IMG/VR virus record: IMGVR_UViG_3300050158_000039
Span: 28,621-92,620 of that record
Length of the DNA: 64,000 nucleotides
Strand: one strand, 5' to 3'
From: a virus
In this document: one piece after another, positions 23,832 to 33,127 of the stretch
How positions within the stretch are numbered: position 1 is the stretch's first letter
Layout: the number at the start of each line of letters is the position of its first letter
Program-made: the position numbers and the translations under genes
The notes under the pieces: model-generated
Seen by the model: the letters and a program-made list of their open reading frames with translations, nothing else
What the model was told of the DNA's origin: nothing
Database searches by the model: none

Positions 23832-24075
23832 TTTGAGCTCCCGTCAGGCTCTGTGATAGGTCGCGAACAAACCAAACAGGAAGCGATACTGTGATCGCGT
23901 TACCGCTGTTTGGGTTACCTTTGGTAAACACAAACTCAGGGTCGAATCCTGACAACGTCAGGTTGAGAGCAGTTTCAACCGGCTTCGCCATACCTTGCCA
24001 TGCGCTGATGTACTCATCAATGTCAGCGGTGACTTTGGCGTAGTCCGGCAGCGCGTAAAATTTCTTGCCTGCCAT
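23821..24075 (-). CDS. Hypothetical protein
   Basis: 84 aa with GGAG RBS. Confidence 0.6.
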   Translation of the reverse strand: MAGKKFYALPDYAKVTADIDEYISAWQGMAKPVETALNLTLSGFDPEFVFTKGNPNSGNAITVSLPVWFVRDLSQSLTGAQNAV

Positions 24076-24142
24076 TATAGTTCTCCGAATAAAGAAAGGG
24101 TGATGTAGTTTCCTACATCACCCTTTGTGTCGTCAACGACGA

Positions 24143-25435
24143 TTACTTGTACAGGCGCTTCTTCTTGCCGCGGCCGTCCTTGTAACCGTCGGCCCAACCC
24201 TTGCGGAAGTCTGCAGTACCGACGGTGGTCGTGCGGTTAGCACTCTTAGCCTTGCCGCTTTCAAAGCCAGCAATGTAGCCATCAACGTAGTGTTGCGACA
24301 CACCAACCGTCGTGCCAGCGTAATTGGCCTTCGGCGTCGCTGCCGGCTTCGGCAGATTGCTCTTTGCAACAGCCACTTTAGGAGTCTTGGCGACCACAGG
24401 GGTTGCGACGGGGATCGGTTGGTTGTACCCAGGCCAGTACAGCAGTTGAGTGCCGGCGGGCAGGGCGCGGTTCACCGATGTCGACTGCAGGAAGATTTCG
24501 TAATCACCGTGATCGCCAGGGTGGACGCGGATGGTGCCGACTGCGGGCAGACCGAGCATTTGGCGAGCACCGGCACCACCGTAGATAGCGCCGGTCGGCT
24601 TGTGGCGAACCACCACTTGCTTGTAGTCCTGCACAGCGTCTTCCGTCTTTGTCAACTGGTAGAATGCAGCACCCTTGACGAATGCCTTACCACTCTTGCG
24701 TTCGCAGAACGGACGGATCGAATCCTTCTGATCCACATACCACAGGTTGACATACGGGCTGATGTCAGTCAGCGTCTTCTTGACGTCCTTCAGCGACACA
24801 TCAGCCATGTTCGCGTAGAACTTGGTGGTCGACTTCATGGCGCCAGACGATACGCCCTTGTAGTAGTCAGAGAATGCGGAGCGAGTGGCTTCCGTCGAAG
24901 CAGCAAAGCCGCGGTCAGTTTGGTCCCATTCCAGGATGTTGCCAATCGGCACACCTTGTCGGGCCAGGCTGGCAGCATAGCCACGAGGGACGCGAAACAC
25001 AAACGTCCAGCGGTCCGATCGCTGTAGTTGTTGGATCTTGTCCATCAGGCGATAGGCAGGCCAGTTGCGGCTGGAATTTTCTTCACCATCAGTGATCGCC
25101 ATCACGAGGAACGTGACGTCAGGATCGTTGGCATCGGGAGTGGCTTCGAGTTGGGTGATCAGGTCACCGATACTGTCAAACAGTGCAGTACTGCCAGCGT
25201 AGGCAAGATACTCACCCTCATTCAGGGGCTTGAGAGCGTTGACAGAGCTGTTAACGACGACGCGCTTCGTGGTTTGGCCACATTCCACCACGCTGACAAT
25301 CGTGTCTTGACTGACAGCTGCCGCTTCTGCGGCAATGGAGCTGATCGTTTCGTTGTAGTCCTTAGCGGCTGCTTTGGTCAGCGATCGCATCGAGACGGAG
25401 TGGTCACGGCTAATGCCAATGTAGGTCTTCTTCAT
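24143..25435 (-). CDS. VWA-domain protein
   Basis: MIDAS-like DHSVS, STALFD and ITDGEENSS; TAAATA at 25507-25512. Confidence 0.8.
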   Translation of the reverse strand: MKKTYIGISRDHSVSMRSLTKAAAKDYNETISSIAAEAAAVSQDTIVSVVECGQTTKRVVVNSSVNALKPLNEGEYLAYAGSTALFDSIGDLITQLEATPDANDPDVTFLVMAITDGEENSSRNWPAYRLMDKIQQLQRSDRWTFVFRVPRGYAASLARQGVPIGNILEWDQTDRGFAASTEATRSAFSDYYKGVSSGAMKSTTKFYANMADVSLKDVKKTLTDISPYVNLWYVDQKDSIRPFCERKSGKAFVKGAAFYQLTKTEDAVQDYKQVVVRHKPTGAIYGGAGARQMLGLPAVGTIRVHPGDHGDYEIFLQSTSVNRALPAGTQLLYWPGYNQPIPVATPVVAKTPKVAVAKSNLPKPAATPKANYAGTTVGVSQHYVDGYIAGFESGKAKSANRTTTVGTADFRKGWADGYKDGRGKKKRLYK

Positions 25436-25543
25436 GTCAATTTCCCTTCTAAAAGTCTAGTTCAGATCTGAACAAATTCGTCAGCCAGCATAGCCGACGA
25501 CAGGGGTATTTATGCGAATACCCTTGACGCCTACCACAAAGCC

Positions 25544-25619
25544 TGGTGCGCTCGGCGGGATTCGAACCCGCGACAAACGGTTTTAGAGACCGCCGCTCTA
25601 ACCACTGAGCTACGAGCGC
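25544..25619 (-). tRNA. Amber suppressor tRNA (anticodon CTA)
   Basis: Fully canonical 76-nt cloverleaf, GCGGT-CTCTAAA-ACCGT, A73 followed by CCA. Confidence 0.9.
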
Positions 25620-25628
25620 ATGGCGGCT

Positions 25629-25657
25629 ATTATACGGCGGTTATTCAACAATGTCAA
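25629..25657 (-). promoter_or_regulatory. Perfect sigma70 promoter of the suppressor tRNA
   Basis: TTGACA-17 nt-TATAAT. Confidence 0.9.
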
Positions 25658-25733
25658 CACTGGGGCGACGGGCCCGATGTGGGGTCATAACTGGGGGATG
25701 TGGGGTATTTTACCCCACATATTAGTCGTCTGC

Positions 25734-26606
25734 TTAGACGATTGTTAGTGATGTTCCACAATCCGTGCAGAATTTAGACGTGGCTTTGTTTTGCTTACCA
25801 CACGTCACACACTTTGGCTTGACGTTTACGGTGACGGCTTGAACAACCGGGCCGCTTGCGGTTTCTCCCAGGAGCTTAACTACAAGCACGTGCTTCGTGG
25901 CTTCTACAGGGAACCAGGATGCTTGGCTAAACTTTTGATCATTTAGGCTACCTGGGACGGTAACGCCAACATCATTTAATGAAGCATTCTGTGCTACCAC
26001 ATTGATTGATTGGGTGGTGTTAGCAATTGAGGCACTCGCAGTGACAGAGTGAGACCGTAGAGTGCGGCTGGTTGGAGCAGTGTAGCTCTTAAGCGCCATG
26101 CTTGCGAGACCATCACCCAGACTACCGCTCACACCACCACTGCCGGAATATGAAGTGTTGGTTGATCCCAACAGACGCCGGTCTGTTTCGTAGTCCCAGT
26201 ATCCGTCTTTGACCCAACGCTCGCGCCATACTGGTGTTGGCCGATAAGCCACAGCATCTTCAAATTGATATTCGACACGGATCAGTCCGTCTTCAATACC
26301 AATGCCGCGGTGTTGTTCTACGCCAGCGGTACGTTCGATGAACTTGAAGCTATTACCTTGTGTCATGTTGCCATTCTTGACGAATCGCTTCAGCTCAACC
26401 TCCCGGTTAGCGTCAACCACAAGGCCGCCTTCGACAGCGTCTGTGCCGTCAATCGTAATGTTTACGAGAGCACGGACATTGTTCAGATTTTTGATTAGGA
26501 TTGTGTATTCAGCCCCGAACGGAACGTACACTGTGTCGCGATTGAGTTCGCGAAGAATTTTGCCATTATGCTTCACAGCAAAGGCTAGCTTATTGCCATA
26601 CATCAT
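25734..26606 (-). CDS. Hypothetical protein with C-terminal zinc ribbon
   Basis: CVTCG...FCTDCG at the C-terminus; GAGG RBS before MMYGNK. Confidence 0.75.
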   Translation of the reverse strand: MMYGNKLAFAVKHNGKILRELNRDTVYVPFGAEYTILIKNLNNVRALVNITIDGTDAVEGGLVVDANREVELKRFVKNGNMTQGNSFKFIERTAGVEQHRGIGIEDGLIRVEYQFEDAVAYRPTPVWRERWVKDGYWDYETDRRLLGSTNTSYSGSGGVSGSLGDGLASMALKSYTAPTSRTLRSHSVTASASIANTTQSINVVAQNASLNDVGVTVPGSLNDQKFSQASWFPVEATKHVLVVKLLGETASGPVVQAVTVNVKPKCVTCGKQNKATSKFCTDCGTSLTIV

Positions 26607-26716
26607 GATTTCCTCTTTCCAACGGCTCACTGACTAAGAACCCATTTTATTAAAGTCAGTTAGTGTAGAGTTCGGCTATCCCAACTCTACGAAGTCAATA
26701 TGTACTATTTGTTGTT

Positions 26717-26790
26717 TGGTTGCGTGGTCTCGGAATCGAACCGGCCCTCAAGCTTATGAGACTCGCGTGCTACCATCACACTCACCCGCA
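26717..26790 (-). tRNA. tRNA(CAT), atypical
   Basis: CGAGT-CTCATAA-GCTTG; imperfect T and acceptor stems; ACCA end. Confidence 0.6.
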
Positions 26791-26806
26791 ATTGTTTTTC
26801 TTCTTT

Positions 26807-26884
26807 TGGAGCGGGTGGGGAGATTCGAACTCCTCACCTAAAGTTTGGAAGACTTTCGTGCTAACCGTTAAACACTACACCCGC
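26807..26884 (-). tRNA. tRNA-Gly(TCC)
   Basis: AAAGT-CTTCCAA-ACTTT, U73 followed by CCA. Confidence 0.92.
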
Positions 26885-27298
26885 ATTATCAGGAACTGAC
26901 AGATTGTATTTATGTATTTTGCGATGGCAGTTTGCGCACACACAAACACACTTAGACAATTCTGCTTTCAACTTTTCAAAAGAGCTATTGGTTACCAACT
27001 TAGAGATCAAGAATTCTTTCTGAGTTGGGTCCTTGTGGTGAAAGTCTAAACATGCTTCATCTGTTTCACCACACATGCAACATGACAGAGATTGTTTCCA
27101 AGATTGGAAGGTTTGCTTCTTCCTTAGATTTCGGTCAACATTCTCAGCAATCACCTGCTCACGATGGTTTACATAAAACCGCCGTTTCATTTCACGATCA
27201 CATGGTTTGCAATTGTTCTTTCTGAGGCCTTGGCTTTTATTTCGCCAATTAAAATCTTCATCGGGTTTTATTTGTTTGCAAACTACACACGTTATCAT
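26861..27298 (-). CDS. HNH endonuclease (homing type)
   Basis: CxxC motifs, LDFHH...CANCHRKIH; sits between two Gly tRNAs. Confidence 0.85.
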   Translation of the reverse strand: MITCVVCKQIKPDEDFNWRNKSQGLRKNNCKPCDREMKRRFYVNHREQVIAENVDRNLRKKQTFQSWKQSLSCCMCGETDEACLDFHHKDPTQKEFLISKLVTNSSFEKLKAELSKCVCVCANCHRKIHKYNLSVPDNAGVVFNG

Positions 27299-27299
27299 T

Positions 27300-27375
27300 T
27301 GGAGCGGACAGCGGGTCTCGAACCCGCAACCTTCACCTTGGCAAGGTGATGTACTACCAATTGTACTATGTCCGC
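27300..27375 (-). tRNA. tRNA-Gly(GCC), second copy
   Basis: TCACC-TTGCCAA-GGTGA, CCA. Confidence 0.92.
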
Positions 27376-27393
27376 ATTGTACTTCTATTTATG

Positions 27394-27468
27394 TCTCGGT
27401 AGTAGGATTCGAACCTACGACCCTCTGCTCCCAAAGCAGATGCGCTAACCAGACTGCGCTACACCGAG
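27394..27468 (-). tRNA. tRNA-Pro(TGG), canonical
   Basis: TCTGC-TTTGGGA-GCAGA. Confidence 0.92.
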
Positions 27469-27474
27469 ATGAGT

Positions 27475-28350
27475 ATGGTTGAGATTACACCATTAATGTT
27501 AGCACTTTTGAGTCATTATCCAACTAGTTGCTACACCAGCGGTTCTACTCTTATCCACATCCTCAAGGATGTACACTAACATGACTGCCTTATTTAGAGC
27601 GTGGCGGTTCGCTCGTCGTACAACGCTATTCGAAGTTTCCTCTACCGCCAACCTTGCGGGCTGTTCAAGAGCGCTAACTCTCTACGTGCGATTCTTCTTC
27701 AACAATCTCTGCCTTGCGAGCTTTGATTGCCTGCATTACTTTTCAGCTGCAGGATTAAGCCACTTTCACGTTGCACCGGACGCAACTTTGCGTTTTTGAT
27801 AAAGATTTCATACCTATTGAAATGTGCGGAATCACCCGCTGCATAACCTACCGAGATGTGTGCGTCCAGTTGCTTCATAACCTTTTGGGCTACGAAATAC
27901 AACACACCTCATATCTTTCACCTGCCGGCTACTCAATCAACTTTCAAGAACACTGACAACATATCTCAGTCACCGATGCCCTATCAGTTTGCATTACAGC
28001 CTTTGAGTGCGAATCTCAGACCATAACACTACCTTTAACCATACGTATTGGTCAGTTGGTTTTGTTGTGAAGTCGCCACCACGCGTTACTTTCCGTCTAC
28101 TTGCGTTACCCTTGCGGGCGCTTGAGCAAACGTTCTTTCCACAACACTGACTTCCTACCTATAACCGCGGTCAGCGATTACTTCCTTTCGGAAGAGGTTT
28201 AGGCTTGCATGGATTGACCACCACCTTTCGGTTTTGGCGCAGATGTGTAGGACATTCTGCTTTTACGTGTCGCCACGCTTATCGGGGCCATGCCCCAAAA
28301 CTACTTTCACGGAAAACCGTCTTTCACAGTCGTCTGTGAAAGTAGTTTCG
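27475..28350 (-). ncRNA. Large ornate ncRNA, GOLLD/ROOL-like (about 0.9 kb)
   Basis: No credible ORF; many GNRA-capped hairpins (CCGAAAGG, CCCGCAAGGG, TTCCGAAAGGAA); directly upstream of tRNAs. Confidence 0.6.
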
Positions 28351-28364
28351 ATTTACTACTAATT

Positions 28365-28376
28365 TCTTAAAGAGCG
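28365..28376 (-). promoter_or_regulatory. boxA-like antitermination element
   Basis: CGCTCTTTAAGA, compared with the rrn boxA TGCTCTTTAACA, just 5' of the large RNA. Confidence 0.55.
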
Positions 28377-28594
28377 TTGCAAGCTGTTGTTGCTTGCGAT
28401 GTCGTCATCTGTATTACGTTTTCGTCTTTAAGTCAACGGGCATCTATTTAGTATCGGGTAAAAGAGAGTTGCTGTTGTGGGGATCAATCCCGCCCTTCTC
28501 AACAACGTGTCGTTTAACCGATGCAGTGAACTATAGCAAAGGGTAAAGATTAAGTCAACGGACCTGCTAAATACCCTATCTGGAGATCGTTAAC

Positions 28595-29299
28595 ATGAAG
28601 CTGCAACAAGTACTGGAAGGCATTGAAGATCAGCACACATTGATACGTGCAGCTAACTCATTGTATGCAAAGTTGAAGCCAATGGCAACATCAGAGTTTC
28701 AGCCAAGCGAAGCGCAAATGTTGGGGCCTATTGGCAAGTTTGTTAACACAGGCAATAAGCAGATTGATGCTATTGATGTTGTCCTGTATGGCGCTGAAGA
28801 GATGCAAGCATTCGCTCGACAGGAATACAGCGAAGAAAATGCAGAGCGGTATATGGGATTTTGGGATCCTGAATATAAGATGCTTGTGCTCAATCGCGAT
28901 CGGTTGGGTGAATCTCGCATGCGGACGATTATTACCCACGAATTGCGTCATGCGCTGGATGATATCTTGTCGGGATACCGCGCAACGAGTAGTGATCGGT
29001 ACACTCAGGCACCAGATGCGTCTAACTCCGATCGAGATTATCAGTACCTAGCTAGTCCAATGGAGCTCAATGCGCGATTCTCTGAGGTTCTCCATTTGAT
29101 GACAGGAGTAATGCGCAAGGCGTTACGTGAGAATCCAGCGAATGCTCGCGATGTGGCTATTAAGCGCTTTGGGGAGGCAATGCGTGCTCGTCAGATTGAG
29201 CAGTTGTTCCCTGAAAAGACAAAGTCCCGCACCTACCGTCAATTGGTCAAGCGCGGGATGTTGTTCATTGACAGCTTTCTCGAGAAGCAAGGTCTTTGA
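28595..29299 (+). CDS. HExxH zinc metallopeptidase-like protein with leader MKLQQVLE
   Basis: IITHELRHALD and YLASPMELNAR; TAAATA at 28568-28573. Confidence 0.7.
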   Translation: MKLQQVLEGIEDQHTLIRAANSLYAKLKPMATSEFQPSEAQMLGPIGKFVNTGNKQIDAIDVVLYGAEEMQAFARQEYSEENAERYMGFWDPEYKMLVLNRDRLGESRMRTIITHELRHALDDILSGYRATSSDRYTQAPDASNSDRDYQYLASPMELNARFSEVLHLMTGVMRKALRENPANARDVAIKRFGEAMRARQIEQLFPEKTKSRTYRQLVKRGMLFIDSFLEKQGL

Positions 29300-29855
29300 T
29301 CGTGTGCAGAATTGCGGCAGCAGCGTCATCACCCGATTCTGTCGTGTAGAAGTCGATCTCCTCAGTGAGCAAATATTCTAACACTCGTTGATCAATCTCT
29401 TTTGCCTCTTCCTCAGTCTGATTGCGACCTTCTTGCACGTACTCAAACGCATCACTACGCAACAGGTAGATATTGATGTTTGAGTAGCTGTTGTACACAT
29501 CTTGTATGAATTGCTTGAATGACGGCGGAAAGTCGTCAGGCATGTAGAACAACCCAAGGATCAATGAGCTATCAACAATCACATAGTCAATATCGTGACC
29601 AACCAGTCGGCGTTGTAAACGGTGTTGATGAGCAAAGATGTAATCTTGTTCACGGAAGATGTGATCCCATCGCTCCCACACGAAGTCTTTTGCAATCTCG
29701 TGAATCAGTTCAACCTTGTACCCCCGCTTTTTCATCAGGGAGTACAGATCAGCAGCGCACGTTGACTTTCCTGTGCCAGGGCCACCAAAGAAGTTGATTA
29801 CCTTCAACTTCTTGTTGTCAGCCCACGGCCGTGTATGTTTATTTGTTGGGTTCAT
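29265..29855 (-). CDS. P-loop NTPase/kinase (NadR/AAA_28-like)
   Basis: GGPGTGKST, VIVDS and EGRNQ motifs. Confidence 0.75.
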   Translation of the reverse strand: MNPTNKHTRPWADNKKLKVINFFGGPGTGKSTCAADLYSLMKKRGYKVELIHEIAKDFVWERWDHIFREQDYIFAHQHRLQRRLVGHDIDYVIVDSSLILGLFYMPDDFPPSFKQFIQDVYNSYSNINIYLLRSDAFEYVQEGRNQTEEEAKEIDQRVLEYLLTEEIDFYTTESGDDAAAAILHTIKDLASRESCQ

Positions 29856-30180
29856 TCAGCTTCCTTTTGGCGGCATTGATCCGCTCATTGAATTCTTGGA
29901 TTTTGCGGATCGACAACTTTCGTGCAACCTCCCACTCCTCACGCGTTTTCCATACTCGGTTGGCGGACTTTAGGTCAAGATAGTCCCCCACATGAGTGTC
30001 AACATGCAACACATAATGCACACCGAGGCCTTGCGAAGTCTCATTGTCAACTACACTGACCACCTTGGCTGTATAGGGGGTTGTCTTGGCGTAATCGTGA
30101 CCGTACATGGTATACACAATATCCCCCACAGCATGGTCAACAACCGTAACAGTGTTGATGAGGTGGTCTAGGTCAATCAT
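29839..30180 (-). CDS. Hypothetical protein
   Basis: 113 aa with GGAG RBS. Confidence 0.6.
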   Translation of the reverse strand: MIDLDHLINTVTVVDHAVGDIVYTMYGHDYAKTTPYTAKVVSVVDNETSQGLGVHYVLHVDTHVGDYLDLKSANRVWKTREEWEVARKLSIRKIQEFNERINAAKRKLNEPNK

Positions 30181-30243
30181 GTGTGTCTCCGAAAACAGGA
30201 AAACCCCACCATACTCAATGACGGTGGGGTTTTCAACAGCTGA

Positions 30244-31278
30244 TTACAGCTTGCCGAGCAGGGCCTTGATCACGTGGTAGTGATCCTCAAACATTTGCGA
30301 CTCAGACAGCTCACTGATCGGGAGCCAGAAGGCGCTGCGTGCATCGTCGCTCCCTTTCACTGTGGGGAGCTCACCAGGCGGCAACTCAATCAGGTACGCG
30401 TGGGTGATCGTGCGGCCACGCAAGGAGCGGTCAGGGCGGTCAAACACGCCCCGGTACTTGATGCTTCCCTTTAGGACTGGAGTAGGCACCCGCAGCTTGG
30501 TCTCCTCACGGAGTTCACGCAACACACCGTCCTCGATCCATTCGTCCTGGTTGAGGAATCCACCAGGCATTGCAAACAGACCCTCACCAGGAGCGGCATC
30601 GCGTTCAACCAACAGAATGTGGCCAGATTGAACAACCACAGCATCAACCGTAACGAAGATGGGGGCGTATGGAGCAGCTTCCCATGCCTTCTTGTACGAC
30701 TTGATCATGTTGTATTCGCGTTGGAGCAGCTTGAAGTCTTCCGTGTAAGTGAACCGCTCCAGCTCAACCAAGACTGATTGAGGGAGAACGCCAGACAGGA
30801 ACTTCAGGCTCTTGCCTTCAAACATGATTTCACGCAGGTCGGTAGCATTGATGTTCTCGTTCATCTCGTGATCGATCAGCTTCCACTGCGGGAACATCTT
30901 CAGGTAGTACGACGATTCATCCTTGTTGTGGCCGATCAGGGCGATCTTGAGGGAGCGAGTGCTGCTAATCTGCGCAGCGGCTTCGTCCACGAGACGTTGG
31001 ACTTCTGATGCCCAAGCTTGATCGTTGTACTTCTGGTCGTGCAGCGGCTTCACCTCAGTGCGGCAACGATCAGCTTCATCCAGGCCCCCGTAGATCATGG
31101 CTTCACGTTCATGAAACAGCCACGGATTCTTGCTGGTACGGGGTTGGTTGCTGCTGCCAACAAGGACAACAACATCTTCTGCCATGGAAAGTGCGGTTTG
31201 GATTACGTTGATGTGTCCGGTATGGACGGGTTGAAAACGACCGATAAAGACAATCAGGTCATAGGGCTTTTGGGACAT
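30244..31278 (-). CDS. nadM: Bifunctional NMN adenylyltransferase / Nudix (ADP-ribose) hydrolase
   Basis: GRFQPVHTGH, INATDLRE and Nudix box GGF...LRELREET. Confidence 0.92.
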   Translation of the reverse strand: MSQKPYDLIVFIGRFQPVHTGHINVIQTALSMAEDVVVLVGSSNQPRTSKNPWLFHEREAMIYGGLDEADRCRTEVKPLHDQKYNDQAWASEVQRLVDEAAAQISSTRSLKIALIGHNKDESSYYLKMFPQWKLIDHEMNENINATDLREIMFEGKSLKFLSGVLPQSVLVELERFTYTEDFKLLQREYNMIKSYKKAWEAAPYAPIFVTVDAVVVQSGHILLVERDAAPGEGLFAMPGGFLNQDEWIEDGVLRELREETKLRVPTPVLKGSIKYRGVFDRPDRSLRGRTITHAYLIELPPGELPTVKGSDDARSAFWLPISELSESQMFEDHYHVIKALLGKL

Positions 31279-31769
31279 TTGAAACTCCTTCAAATTGATT
31301 TGATATGTGACGGTCTATCCATCACATGCGTATATAGTAGTTTAACCGTTAACGGAAATCAACACGCAGATCCATGCCGGCATCATAGAGAGACCGCCTT
31401 TACAGGCGGCGAACTATCAGCACGTTACTCACTACGTTCATAACGTTGCCATAGTTCGGAAGCTGTCATACTCGGTTAATACAAGCCGGGCTCTTTAATC
31501 ATCCCCTGCCCCCGCATTAACGCAGCTGATTTGGAAGATACCTCGCGGCCTGAGAACACAGGCTTACTGTTTTGGTAAAAAAGGAGCCATTACTCCCAAG
31601 GTGGTCAACTTTATGGCTTCTATAGCCAAAGGCTCGTTAGACTGGCTCCACAGTCTCTGTTCCCACTCCGGAGGCAGAAAAGGCATGCACTCCTGATGTT
31701 TCTAGTTATTACGCTGTGTTGTTTCAGCGGCCTACTTCGTTGGCAGGCTTTAGTATCTATCGTTGCTCG

Positions 31770-32045
31770 TCAATCAATCAGCAACCGCAAATCTCGATCC
31801 GGGTATGCGTACACCATTGGTAGAAATTCGCCAAGATCAGCATACACGTAGAATGTTGTAATAGCCGGCCAGTTACCAATCTCTTCAAGTAACCGCTCAG
31901 CTCTTGCCCAAACAGAGGGTAGTCCGAGTGGTCGGTAAGGTACATCCATGCACGCTCGAGTGGCCAGAAGCACTTTCGCTCCGTCGGTCCATGAATTGAA
32001 CGTATGCGGCTCAAGCTTTTCAACTTTGATGGTTTGGAATGTCAC
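31770..32045 (-). CDS. Hypothetical protein
   Basis: 91 aa following coaD. Confidence 0.55.
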   Translation of the reverse strand: MTFQTIKVEKLEPHTFNSWTDGAKVLLATRACMDVPYRPLGLPSVWARAERLLEEIGNWPAITTFYVYADLGEFLPMVYAYPDRDLRLLID

Positions 32046-32060
32046 CTTAAATTCTCCGTT

Positions 32061-32558
32061 TTATTTGGGGATTGATTCCAAATACGTCATCACGTAAGGA
32101 TCAACATATTCGGACACAATCTGCCGCCAGTTACCACAACCAACCAATCCCTTCACCGCTGAGGAACTTACATCCGACAGCTCTCTAGGAGGCATCAGAA
32201 AGATCGTCTCAATCTCAGGAGAAATCCTACGGTTGATCAACCGTAGTTGAGCTTCATAGTTGTAGTCTTCATTATTGCGGATGCCGCGGATAAGGATATC
32301 GCACTGATGCTCCTTCGCCATGTCGATCAGCAACTGGTCATGCGGCAAGTACAGAGCGGTATACCCAACTCCACAAACCCGGTCACACACATTATTGACC
32401 ATGTCCATTCGGTCGTTAGCATTGAACATGTACTTTTTGGCGGGATTGTTACCGACAACAACATACAGCTTGTCGACAAGCTGTGCAGCTTGCTCAATCA
32501 TCCATGTATGTCCGTGTGTAATTGGATCAAATGACCCAGCAATCATACCACGCCGCAT
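32061..32558 (-). CDS. coaD: Phosphopantetheine adenylyltransferase
   Basis: GSFDPITHGH, IRGIR..EDYNYE, NRRI...IETIFL and VSSSAVK. Confidence 0.9.
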   Translation of the reverse strand: MRRGMIAGSFDPITHGHTWMIEQAAQLVDKLYVVVGNNPAKKYMFNANDRMDMVNNVCDRVCGVGYTALYLPHDQLLIDMAKEHQCDILIRGIRNNEDYNYEAQLRLINRRISPEIETIFLMPPRELSDVSSSAVKGLVGCGNWRQIVSEYVDPYVMTYLESIPK

Positions 32559-33127
32559 TACAAAATCTCCTGTGTAACGAAATGCCGAACAGCATTTCTC
32601 ATTTCATCTACTGTACTGAAATTATTGATAAACTCAACATCACTCAGTTTCGCTTTGTGTACCGGATCCATCTGCTTCGACAAAATCGCGTCGATCATGC
32701 TGTCAGAATGTCCGTTCCGAACCTTGATGCGAGCCCGTTGGATTTCGGGTGATGCTGTGACACAGATCACCTTGTCTATGTGGGTGTATTGCTTAATGGA
32801 ACGAGCATAGTATTCAAAGTACAGGGGAATATCCAAAATCCTGTTCTCATGCTCCGCGGCGGATAGGGTACGGAGCAACAGCTTTTGGTTGGTAATGTTG
32901 GCAAGCTGTCGCATTTTATGCGGATCAGCAAATACCTGCTCTCTAACTTCTTGACGAATGTGCGTACCGAACGCCTCATCCAACTTCAGCTGGATGTCCT
33001 CATCCTCATACAGTGAATGAACTGCAGCATCAAAATCAAACACAGTATAGTGTGGCAAACACTCACTCATCAGTTTGACGAATGTGCTCTTGCCACACCC
33101 CATGTTGCCTGTGACAACAATCCTCAT
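32558..33127 (-). CDS. coaE: Dephospho-CoA kinase
   Basis: VTGNMGCGKST, VFADP, LDIPLYFE and RIKVRNG...SKQM. Confidence 0.88.
   Translation of the reverse strand: MRIVVTGNMGCGKSTFVKLMSECLPHYTVFDFDAAVHSLYEDEDIQLKLDEAFGTHIRQEVREQVFADPHKMRQLANITNQKLLLRTLSAAEHENRILDIPLYFEYYARSIKQYTHIDKVICVTASPEIQRARIKVRNGHSDSMIDAILSKQMDPVHKAKLSDVEFINNFSTVDEMRNAVRHFVTQEIL

Noticed and set aside
24125-25471. Long plus-strand ORFs 24125-25027 and 25028-25471
   Set aside because: Antisense shadows of the VWA gene caused by its biased codon usage.
27699-27956. Short ORFs inside the large non-coding region
   Set aside because: No RBS, unusual composition, and they overlap the hairpin-rich putative ncRNA.
27475-28350. 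rRNA fragment
   Set aside because: GNRA-rich, but no universally conserved 16S or 23S sequence blocks were recognised.
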